64,000 bases of DNA, taken from Planctomycetota bacterium (GTDB taxonomy: Bacteria > Planctomycetota > Phycisphaerae > Phycisphaerales > SM1A02). The notes beneath the pieces are model-generated. The model did not search any database, had not been told where the DNA came from, and saw only the letters and a program-made list of their open reading frames with translations. Shown here piece after piece: positions 10,943-19,069 of this stretch (its first letter is position 1; the number at the start of each line of letters is the position of its first letter). Position numbers and translations under genes: made by a program. The stretch is taken from positions 7,027 through 71,026 of the forward strand of contig JAFMML010000008.1 of assembly GCA_017859745.1 (NCBI GenBank), written 5' to 3'.

Positions 10943-11677
10943 TCAGGCCGCCTTGCGGACGCGAGCGTTCCGGGATTCCGCCCTGGAGGCCGCAAGTTCC
11001 GAGCGAACCATCGGCATCTCCTCCAGGGACGTCAGCAGCTCGCGTGGACTGGTCGCCCAGAGGTCCGCGCCGATCTCCTCGGCAAGTCCCGGGGCACGAT
11101 TGAAGATGCCACCGCCGACGACGATCTGCATCTCCGGGCAGGCGTTGACACCCCGAATGGTGTCGATCAGCTGTCGGATGTTCGGGGCGTCGCGGGGGCC
11201 GCTCGAGAAGAGCAGCAGGATGTCCGGACGACGATTGTTGACCTCCTCGAGAATCTCGTCGTTGGCGATGCCACCGCCCCCGAAGAACATCTCGTAGCCG
11301 TCGGCCTCGGCGAGATCGGCCACCAGCTGGCCGGCAAGATCGTCCGATTCGGTCTCGCCGCAGAACATGCAGATCCGTCGGCCCCGCGACTCGGCCTGCC
11401 GATAGGAGGCCTGCGCCTGATCGACGAGCGATCGCAGGAGACGGGTCGCGTACTGGAACGAGAGGGCCGTGACCTGGTCGTTGCGGTAGAGGGTGTTGAG
11501 GGTGTCGAGGACCGACCAGTAGACGTCTCGCGACAACGACTCGGCATCGATGCCGAGTTCCAGCGTCTGCTGGACAAGGCGTCGCGACTCCTGGCGATCA
11601 CCGGACACGAGGGACTGGAACAGGCTCTGCTCGAGCTCGTGAAGGACTTCCTGCGGGTTCATCGGGGAACTCTCCAT
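10943..11677 (-). CDS. cobalamin (B12)-binding-domain protein, stand-alone, without the canonical His ligand
   Basis: An N-terminal 4-helix B12-binding_2-like segment is followed by a Rossmann-like B12-binding domain (ICMFCGETESDDLAG...ILLLFSSG...IVVGGG). The alternative ATG 11662 has a better GGAG spacer. Confidence 0.6.
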   Translation of the reverse strand: MESSPMNPQEVLHELEQSLFQSLVSGDRQESRRLVQQTLELGIDAESLSRDVYWSVLDTLNTLYRNDQVTALSFQYATRLLRSLVDQAQASYRQAESRGRRICMFCGETESDDLAGQLVADLAEADGYEMFFGGGGIANDEILEEVNNRRPDILLLFSSGPRDAPNIRQLIDTIRGVNACPEMQIVVGGGIFNRAPGLAEEIGADLWATSPRELLTSLEEMPMVRSELAASRAESRNARVRKAA

Positions 11678-11914
11678 GTCTTGGCCGCGGGCATCCCTGC
11701 CACGCGGCCGGTGTGTCGTCGTGCCGGCCTCCTGCCGGCGTCCCGAGACGCCTCGGGACACTGAGCATCGAGCGCACCGCCCGCCGAACTGGATCGACGA
11801 CCCGCTCCCTCACCAGCTCCGTAGGCGATGGTTCTTATTGGCACCCGACCACTCGTTCCGGACTCCGGGCGATCGACGCGACCCGACCCCGACTCAACGG
11901 TCGGCGGCGTCGCA

Positions 11915-13252
11915 TCAACGCTGGAATGGATAGATCGATCCGACACCGAGGATTCCGGTCAACTCGTCGAGCGCCGTCCGGCCCTCCTCAAGCAGTCGAG
12001 GATCGCCAAGCTCATCTGGTGCCAACGTCTCTCGGTAGTGCCGCAGCACCCAGGTCTCCAGACCCGCGTGAAGCTCCGTCGAGAACCGACAGCCCGGCGT
12101 CACCGAAGACCACTCGTCGGCGGAAAGAGGCACGCGAAGACGAAGACACGCCGGCCCCCCGCCATTCCGCATCGACTCCCGGAGATCGACGTAGTGCACC
12201 GCATCGATCGGCACCTCCGGGCTCTCGACGAATTCGGCAAGCTGCTCTCGAACCGACTCGGTGTCGTGGGACTCTCGTGGAGCCACCAGAACCCGACCAT
12301 GCGCCGCGGTCTCGACGAGTTGCGAATTGAAGAGATAGCTCGCCACGGCGTCCTGCAGCGACACGCGCTCCGCGGAAATCTCGATCGGTGCAAAGGTGTC
12401 GCCGATCGCGCTGCGCAGTCGCCCAAGCGTGTCGGCCCTGTCAGCGAACGCTTGAGAGTGATGCAGCAGCACCGGCCCGGATCCCACCGCGATCACGTCG
12501 TTGTGGAAGACTCCACCATCGATCGCCTCGTTGGACTGCCGCGCGTGAACGACCCGAGACGGATCGAGTCCGTGCCGCCGGGCGACCGCCCGGGATGCTT
12601 CGAGGCTCTGTCGTGCGGGATAGCGACGCGGCGGGTCGAGGTCGCCTTCGAAGGTGCCATGCACGAAGAAGTCGACGCCCGCCGTCTCGTCCGGCGCCGC
12701 GCTTCGCGCGTGCAGTCGGGTGTGGTTGGCAGCGCCCTCGTCGCCATACAGCGGCGAGTTCGGAAGCGCCGGGTGGATCGCGAACTTCGAAGCATCGGCA
12801 AACACCGATCGCAGCGTCCGTTCGGTCTGCGGCGCCTCGATCATGCGGTGGAACATGGTCCGCAGGTTCGCAACCGAGAGATGGACACGGCCGTCCCCGC
12901 TCTCGGCGCTCGATGACACGGTCGCCGCGTTGGCCGCCCACATCGCCGAGGCGGACGAACAGCGGGCGAGCAGCAGCGGATCCTCTCGATAGGCGCGGTC
13001 GATGACCTCCGAATCGGAACCGCCGTAACCAAGCGCTCGCAGCACCTCGACCGCTGGTCTCGCCTGCGGTGGCAGCACGCCCTGCGGCACGCCAAGGTCG
13101 TGCAGCAGACGCATCTTCGCGAGTCCCTGCAGCGCCGCGTCCCGCGGGCGCGCGACCTCCCCACGGTGGGACATCGACGCGACGTTGCCCCGACTCAGCC
13201 CCGCGTAGTTGTGGGTCGGACCCACGATCGAATCGAAGTTCGCTTCGGGCAT
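11915..13252 (-). CDS. astB: N-succinylarginine dihydrolase
   Basis: NFDSIVGPTHNYAGLS, GDEGAANH, GVFHNDVIAV, MRNGGGPACLRLRV and C-terminal GSIYPFQR match AstB end to end. ATG 13252 was preferred over GTG 13291. Confidence 0.9.
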   Translation of the reverse strand: MPEANFDSIVGPTHNYAGLSRGNVASMSHRGEVARPRDAALQGLAKMRLLHDLGVPQGVLPPQARPAVEVLRALGYGGSDSEVIDRAYREDPLLLARCSSASAMWAANAATVSSSAESGDGRVHLSVANLRTMFHRMIEAPQTERTLRSVFADASKFAIHPALPNSPLYGDEGAANHTRLHARSAAPDETAGVDFFVHGTFEGDLDPPRRYPARQSLEASRAVARRHGLDPSRVVHARQSNEAIDGGVFHNDVIAVGSGPVLLHHSQAFADRADTLGRLRSAIGDTFAPIEISAERVSLQDAVASYLFNSQLVETAAHGRVLVAPRESHDTESVREQLAEFVESPEVPIDAVHYVDLRESMRNGGGPACLRLRVPLSADEWSSVTPGCRFSTELHAGLETWVLRHYRETLAPDELGDPRLLEEGRTALDELTGILGVGSIYPFQR

Positions 13253-13333
13253 CTCGCGATTCCACTTGGCGACGACGGAGGTTGTCGCCACAGGTCACGC
13301 GAATCATCGGCAGAATCCGACGACGACGCGCAT

Positions 13334-13795
13334 CTACCGTGTCGAGACTTCGACGGCGACACTGAAACTCGATGGTTCGGCCGACGGCGACTTGGGCTGC
13401 ACGTACTCGAACACCAACAAGACGCGCCCCGGGCCCTGAGCGACGAACCGAAGCTGCTGGGTCCGGGCCAACTCATCCGAACCGGACGCCCCATTCGCCG
13501 CCACCCATCGAGTGCCATCAGGCACGAGCACGGCGGCGTCGGGGAGAGCACGTAGTTCCCAGACTCTTCCGCTGGAAGGATTGCCGAACAGCTCCACGGT
13601 CATGCGTTCCCCGGGCGCGAGGCGTACGGTCTCTCCTGCATCGCCCGCCGTCACCACGATTCCAGATGAAGCGACATTGCCTGTGGACGCGCATCCGTAG
13701 GCGAGCGATAGCGACGTCGCAGCAGAAGCTGCAGCGAGGATTGCGAACATCTCGTTGCGGGTTCGTCGAGTGTGTCGAAGGCGGTTTGGATCCAT
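13334..13795 (-). CDS. chagasin-family (I42) peptidase inhibitor lipoprotein
   Basis: Signal peptide with lipobox (LSLAYGC), a chagasin motif GNPSSGRVWEL (compare NPTTGYxW), and LRFVAQGPGRVLLVFEYVQP. Confidence 0.6.
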   Translation of the reverse strand: MDPNRLRHTRRTRNEMFAILAAASAATSLSLAYGCASTGNVASSGIVVTAGDAGETVRLAPGERMTVELFGNPSSGRVWELRALPDAAVLVPDGTRWVAANGASGSDELARTQQLRFVAQGPGRVLLVFEYVQPKSPSAEPSSFSVAVEVSTR

Positions 13796-14148
13796 GACGC
13801 AGCAGGCTATCGGGTTGGCCACGACGCTCCGAGTCAAGATTCACGAGCGACGTCCATAGGTGCAACGGCGGGCGGATGATCGAGATGGGATTGGGGGAGC
13901 ACTCTCCGTGAGAACGGCGACCAGTTCGACTTGGTCCGAATCTCTGGAGGGTGGCTCCAAGTGATGAGCGTGGAACTCGCCGACTGTTATTGATCAATAA
14001 AAGGCCGTGCGAGGTGGCCTGCGAGACCGCGGGGCGATCTTGGGTCTTGGAGTCCGATAACACATAGTCATCGGGCCGAGAGGTTGGGGCGAGCCGGCGA
14101 CCGAAACGCCAGCAACTTTCCGGCCTGCCGAGACTCCCTTACCATTGC

Positions 14149-14164
14149 TGTTCCACGTGGAACT
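14149..14164. promoter_or_regulatory. parS site 1 (TGTTCCACGTGGAACT)
   Basis: The 14-bp core GTTCCACGTGGAAC is a perfect palindrome. It differs from the canonical parS TGTTTCACGTGAAACA only by a symmetric T>C / A>G pair. It lies 17 nt upstream of the chosen parB start. Confidence 0.7.
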
Positions 14165-14180
14165 GCATGGGAGACTTCGA

Positions 14181-15365
14181 GTGACCGATGGCAAGAAATC
14201 AGACGCGAAGCGACCAAGACGCCTGGGCCGGGGCCTAGCCGGTCTCATCCCGACGGGCGCCGGGGGCAGATCAGCTGGTTCGTCAACCAGTAGTACACGC
14301 GGGGAGGAAATCGCAGAGCCTCCCGCTCTAGTCGACATCCGTTCTGACGCGTCAACGCGGGTTGTGGACACGCCTGCAAGAGAAGAGACGGTCACATCGG
14401 GGGCAGCGGAGATTGAGATTCGAGCTCCTCACCATGCGAAACCGCAGGTCCAGTTTCCGGCGGGAACTGGTACGGACACCGAACCTGCTTCCGGTTTGGC
14501 AGACGGTGTTCCACGTGGAACCTCGGTGGCCGGCGAAGAGGCGTCGCGACATGAGGAACTCGAGTACCTCGATCCGTCGATGATCGAGGCGAATCCACAC
14601 CAGCCAAGAGAGTACTTCGATCAAGAAGCGATTGAGAAGCTGGCCGCGTCCATCAAGGCGTCCGGCCTTATCCAACCCATCGTCGTCCGACGCATTGGAC
14701 ACCGGATTGAACTCGTTGCCGGCGAGCGACGCCTGAGAGCCAGCAAACTCGCCGGCCTCCCCCAGATCCCCGCCATCGTTCGCCAGCTGTCGGAACGCCA
14801 GACCGCCGAGTGGGCACTCGTTGAGAACCTGCAGCGAGAGGATCTGAATCCCCTCGAACGAGCAAGGGGCCTACGTCGCCTCATTGATGAATTCAGTTTG
14901 ACCCATCAGCAAGCGGCTGAAGCAGTAGGTATGGAGCGGGCCTCCGTCTCCAACCTCCTCCGCTTGCTTGATCTAGATGAGACCACAGCGTCCCTGGTGG
15001 CACGGGGAACTCTTGGTCAAGGGCATGCCAAGGTTCTCCTTTCCGTGTCGGATCTCACCCTCCGGAGCGAGCTCTGCCAAGCAATTGTCGCGCGAAACTG
15101 GTCGGTCCGCCGTCTAGAGGTCGAGGTGCGCCGCCTTCTGGCCCCGCCATCGATGTCCGCACCCACGGCCACCATCAGTCGCGAGCGAGGCCGAACTCAA
15201 CAAATTGATAAACTTGAACGTGAGCTCTCTGAGCACCTCGGCACGCGGGTCCAAATCTCGCTGAGTCGCCAAGAAGGCCAAGGCCGCCTTCTGATCGACT
15301 TCCACAGCCTCGAGCACTTCGACGACCTCATGGATCGGTTTGGGTTCAACACGCCCGCCGATTGA
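14181..15365 (+). CDS. parB: chromosome-partitioning protein ParB/Spo0J
   Basis: N-terminal RLGRGLAGLI peptide, ParB box IEANPHQPREYF...IQPIVVRR, GERRLRAS CTP-binding motif, HTH (THQQAAEAVGMERASVSNLLRLL) and a C-terminal dimerisation segment GRLLIDFHSLEHFDDLMDRF. GTG 14181 sits 6 nt after GGGAGA. Confidence 0.85.
   Translation: MTDGKKSDAKRPRRLGRGLAGLIPTGAGGRSAGSSTSSTRGEEIAEPPALVDIRSDASTRVVDTPAREETVTSGAAEIEIRAPHHAKPQVQFPAGTGTDTEPASGLADGVPRGTSVAGEEASRHEELEYLDPSMIEANPHQPREYFDQEAIEKLAASIKASGLIQPIVVRRIGHRIELVAGERRLRASKLAGLPQIPAIVRQLSERQTAEWALVENLQREDLNPLERARGLRRLIDEFSLTHQQAAEAVGMERASVSNLLRLLDLDETTASLVARGTLGQGHAKVLLSVSDLTLRSELCQAIVARNWSVRRLEVEVRRLLAPPSMSAPTATISRERGRTQQIDKLERELSEHLGTRVQISLSRQEGQGRLLIDFHSLEHFDDLMDRFGFNTPAD
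14507..14522. promoter_or_regulatory. parS site 2 (TGTTCCACGTGGAACC), inside parB
   Basis: It shares the identical 15-mer TGTTCCACGTGGAAC with site 1. It lies within the parB linker-coding region and encodes GVPRGT. Confidence 0.7.
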
Positions 15366-15579
15366 GCTGAACGCAGCTCGCCTGGTGTCAACTCGAGTCT
15401 GGAGGGCCGCGAGACTCGTTATCGGACTGTTTGATCGATCGCCCGAGTACATCCGCGAACTTGCCCAAAGGACGGTCAAAGTCCATCAAGTCCGGCAAGT
15501 CCCGAAAAGTCGGATCTCGTTTCCTCCGATGCACCGTGGCGCGGGTTGCACCAGCAACCTCCCCGGAGACCGATCCGAA

Positions 15580-15771
15580 ATGACCACCCCCGATCAAGTC
15601 ATCGCTCGAGTCCGATCCGAGTACGCCCGGATCCTGAACGATTGGTTCGCCGACCTGATGGAACTCCGGCGGCAGGGGATTCTCGAACACACTTGGCAAG
15701 CGAACCGCGACGACGAGTACGCCGGAAACGTCGAACGTCCATACGACGCGACCCGTCGTCGCGCGGCGTGA
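15580..15771 (+). CDS. hypothetical small protein (63 aa), weak call
   Basis: This is the only ORF in the 15366-15997 gap with non-biased composition (MTTPDQVIARVRSEYARILNDWFADLMELRRQG...). A GGAG lies 11 nt upstream. No recognisable family. Confidence 0.2.
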   Translation: MTTPDQVIARVRSEYARILNDWFADLMELRRQGILEHTWQANRDDEYAGNVERPYDATRRRAA

Positions 15772-15997
15772 GAGCGATGCACTGAACGCGGCGCACGCGG
15801 TCTCGCGGGTCGCGCGACTGCATGTCCTTCAATGGATGCGCCCGGACGGCGATGCCGACGCGCCGATGCAAGACGCACCTTCGCCGACTCGATCTCGTGG
15901 ACATCGACGACGAGCGGACTGCGCCCATCGCCGCGTCGCTCATGACGAGCGCCGATGCGCTACGCCCCCGAACACACTGGCCGATCGGTAGACGCGA

Positions 15998-16507
15998 TCA
16001 TCGCACCCGTGGCCCAACCGCGACGGCGGGGAGACCGACCGACACGACATCGGCCGGCAGCACACCCGCGACCTGGGAACGCGCCCCGACGACCGTGCCG
16101 TCTCCAATGAGGGATTCGGGAAGCACGATGGTCTCCGCCGCAATCCAGCATCCACTTCCAATCCGAATCGGTCCTTCACCGACGCCGACCGCCGCGGTCA
16201 GCAACGCCACGCCCTGACTGATGGTGGTCCCGCGACCAATCGTCACCGGATGACGGCCCGAGATCATCGCCTTGTCGCCGATCATCGCTCTTGCGCCGAG
16301 CCGAAGCTGCCATGGCGCATCGATGCTCACGGAACGCCGCACGCGAGCGCCGCGTTCGATGCTGGCGCCGAACATCCGAAGCACCACGTTGCGAAGTCCA
16401 TACGCGACGTGCGGCGTGAAGCGAAGGCACCATCGGCCACATCCCGACCACATCATGCGACGCAGTCGGCTGGGGTCGGACTGGACACCTGTGGACACGG
16501 TGCTCAC
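15998..16507 (-). CDS. WcaF-like hexapeptide-repeat O-acetyltransferase
   Basis: WcaF-type N-terminus (LRNVVLRMFGASIERGARV...APWQLRLG) followed by left-handed beta-helix repeats. The GTG start overlaps the upstream stop (GTGA). Confidence 0.7.
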   Translation of the reverse strand: MSTVSTGVQSDPSRLRRMMWSGCGRWCLRFTPHVAYGLRNVVLRMFGASIERGARVRRSVSIDAPWQLRLGARAMIGDKAMISGRHPVTIGRGTTISQGVALLTAAVGVGEGPIRIGSGCWIAAETIVLPESLIGDGTVVGARSQVAGVLPADVVSVGLPAVAVGPRVR

Positions 16508-17049
16508 GACGACACCTCGTTGGCCGATGTCTCTTCATCCACACGGGCCGGATTGCCTCGCACTCGGGTATCCGGCGGGACATCTCGAAACACCGCCGCT
16601 TGAGGCGCAACGCCGGATCGCTCGCCGACTCGTACGCCCGGACCGATGAAGGCCGACGCCCCGATCCTCGCATCCGCGCCGATGTGGATCGGGCTTCGAA
16701 TCAACGGAAACCCGGGAGCTCGATGGTCGTGAGTACCCGCACACAGGTGCGCTCTGACGTCCACTTGCGCTCCCGACTCCAGTTCGATCTCGCCCAACGA
16801 ATACAGGACGACCTCGTCGCCGATCATGACGTCGTCGCCCACACGGAGGTGCCAAGGCACCGCGATCTCGACACCCCGTCCGATGTGGCAACGTGAGCCC
16901 ACACGGCCACCAAACAGGCGGACAAGCATCACCCGAGTCGTCGAACAGCACCCCAGCACCGCCCAGGTCGTCGACCACAGCGTCCGACCGAGCTTGGCCT
17001 TGAACGACCACGACGAGCGCCGCGTCGGCTCCAGGTCCCTCTCGCTCAT
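16504..17049 (-). CDS. WcaF-like hexapeptide-repeat O-acetyltransferase (second, tandem)
   Basis: LVRLFGGRVGSRCHIGRGVEIAVPWHLRVGDDVMIGD...CAGTHDH...GNPAR. The start was set at ATG 17049 (MSERDLEP). Confidence 0.7.
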   Translation of the reverse strand: MSERDLEPTRRSSWSFKAKLGRTLWSTTWAVLGCCSTTRVMLVRLFGGRVGSRCHIGRGVEIAVPWHLRVGDDVMIGDEVVLYSLGEIELESGAQVDVRAHLCAGTHDHRAPGFPLIRSPIHIGADARIGASAFIGPGVRVGERSGVAPQAAVFRDVPPDTRVRGNPARVDEETSANEVSS

Positions 17050-17271
17050 GGCGATGTCGGTCCATGCAGCCGTCCGACCTCGTCGGCCAACGTCCAATGC
17101 GAGGTATGCGTCCGGCCGAACCGCGTGCACGGTTGCAGGGGGAGAAGGCCAGACGTCCCGGCCATGGTGTCGCGAACCAGCACCGCCGACGCATGAGAAG
17201 CTCCTGCACTCCCCTCGCCATGCGGTGCATCGAGCAGCGATCGATCGATGCTGCAGTCGCCAACCGTCCGT

Positions 17272-18795
17272 TCAATCATCTGATCGCTCCATCTCGGGAT
17301 CGCGCGGGCGGCCTCGCCGTCTCAACAGTTCGAGGCCCCATCGCAACTGGCCCCTCTCGAAGACCGCAACGAACGTGCTCCATCCAGCGAGGAAGATCGA
17401 CAGGCCGATCACGCCGTCAGCAAGATCGATGTTCGCGGAACTGGGCCAGTGTCCCCAGAACCACACTGCAAGGACGCCGGTGGCCAAGGCCAGAATCCCC
17501 GGGCCGAGCCACCGGAGCATCGACATCGGGCGAACCCCGATCAGGCGCAAGGCCGAACACTGGATCGTCACGCCGATCAATGCCCGCTGCACGGCGACCA
17601 GCCACACCAACGCCGCCAGATCCTCGCCGAAGATCGAGGCGCCTACGAACACCACTGCGATCAAGGATGCGCCGTCCACGGCGTTCAGCACCGCGACCCG
17701 AACCCATCGCGCGTGGACCTCCATCAGCGCGAACCCAACCGGCGACGCGGCCCTGACCGCGGTGGAGAGTGCCACCGCCTGAACGACCACGATGGACTCG
17801 TCCCAACGCCCGTCCCAGACCAGATGCACCAGAGCGGGCGAGAGGAGTGCCAGCGCTGCGCAGACGGGCGGGAGCAGCAGATTGACCGTGCCGATTGCGC
17901 GGCGTGCCGCCGCACGCAGTCGAACGGGATCGTCTCCGACCCCCGTCAGGCCCGGCAGCAGGACGGATCGGAACGACGCCATGAAGAGCTGCATCGAGGC
18001 CACGGCCAACTGGAAGCCGAAGAAGTAGACGCCCAACACCTTCGGGGCAGCGATCGTGAGCGCGAGGTAGTCGCCCCGTCCGGCGAGCGTCAGCGCCGTG
18101 TTCGCGGCGACGATCCATCGCGTCGATCGCAGGACGTCCAACACCGAATCGGCACGACCGTCGCAGGCAGGCTTCGGCAGAGTCTTCGCCTGTCGCGCAA
18201 GCAAGGCCCACTCCACGGGCAGACTCGCAACGAGTGGGATCACGAACGCGAACGCTCCCAGGCCCGACAGCGCCAGCACCACCGACAGCACACCGCGAAA
18301 CACGATCGCCACGACCTCGGTCCGTGCGACGGTCCCGAATCGCATGGCATGCCGAAGGCGAGTTCTCAGCATGGATACCGGCGTCCGCGTCGCAGCGTGG
18401 ACCGCCATCACACCGAGAACACCGGCCAGCACCGCATCGCCTCGCCACCACCATGCCCACGCCGCGATCCCCAGCACCGCCAGACCCGCGAGGCCGTTGG
18501 CGAGGTACGCGATGCGGGTCGACGCAGCGATCACGCGGCCGTACGAATCTCCGCTACGAAGCAGAAACCGTTCGGCACCCCCGTCGAGCAGCGCCGCCGC
18601 AACCAGATTCAAACCCAGAGCCGCGGCATAGATGGCGAAGTCCTCGGGGACGAGGACCCAGCCGAGCACCACCTGGACCCCCATCCCGACCGCCTTGCCC
18701 GCCATCGCTCCGGCCATGACCCACGCCGCTCCAAAGGCGACCTGCCGACCGATCGAGGCCTTGGGCGCCGAAGCTTCGGTGGGTGATGTGGACAT
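17272..18795 (-). CDS. wzx: polysaccharide flippase (Wzx / PST family)
   Basis: 507 aa with about 12-14 hydrophobic segments. The N-terminus is typical of PST-family polysaccharide biosynthesis proteins, and the gene sits in a glycan locus. Confidence 0.65.
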   Translation of the reverse strand: MSTSPTEASAPKASIGRQVAFGAAWVMAGAMAGKAVGMGVQVVLGWVLVPEDFAIYAAALGLNLVAAALLDGGAERFLLRSGDSYGRVIAASTRIAYLANGLAGLAVLGIAAWAWWWRGDAVLAGVLGVMAVHAATRTPVSMLRTRLRHAMRFGTVARTEVVAIVFRGVLSVVLALSGLGAFAFVIPLVASLPVEWALLARQAKTLPKPACDGRADSVLDVLRSTRWIVAANTALTLAGRGDYLALTIAAPKVLGVYFFGFQLAVASMQLFMASFRSVLLPGLTGVGDDPVRLRAAARRAIGTVNLLLPPVCAALALLSPALVHLVWDGRWDESIVVVQAVALSTAVRAASPVGFALMEVHARWVRVAVLNAVDGASLIAVVFVGASIFGEDLAALVWLVAVQRALIGVTIQCSALRLIGVRPMSMLRWLGPGILALATGVLAVWFWGHWPSSANIDLADGVIGLSIFLAGWSTFVAVFERGQLRWGLELLRRRGRPRDPEMERSDD

Positions 18796-19069
18796 CGATG
18801 GCGACGCTGCAGGAGGAGAGTTCTCGGACGCAGGGCAGGGACTTGCAACCCCGCCAAGTTGGATATCGGATGAACACCCCGCACGGCGGAGGGGCTCGAT
18901 CGGTTTTCATCGAGTTGTCGGCACCACCAGCGGATTTCGCCGACGTTCCCGTCGACGCGGCCCGCGGACGAGGTCGATCATCTCCGACGACTCGCAGCGA
19001 CGGCGAGCACCGCATTCTCTCCGGACCGAACCGCCACCACGACCGGGCCGTCGGGCCGAACTCGAACCC

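Noticed and set aside
11678-11914. Possible cobalamin riboswitch upstream of the B12-binding-domain gene
   Set aside because: CGGCAGGAGGCCGGCA matches about 12 of 16 positions of the B12-box as I recall it, and a GGTGAG element is present. However, the conserved GCCACTG core and the expected multi-stem junction could not be recognised by eye. The region is kept only as an unspecified structured leader, and an Rfam scan would settle it.
13838-14180. Replication origin next to parB/parS
   Set aside because: No TTATCCACA-like DnaA boxes or AT-rich unwinding repeats were found by eye, and no dnaA/dnaN/gyrB genes are nearby. The presence of parS alone does not define oriC.
15388-15699. Minus-strand 103-aa ORF considered as a tyrosine-recombinase C-terminal remnant (LIGGGHFGSV...ATVHRR) that would mark a mobile element next to parB
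   Set aside because: The spacing between the GH and the downstream H does not fit the LGH...Y.H motif, there is no Tyr, and no other integrase boxes were found. Evidence is insufficient.
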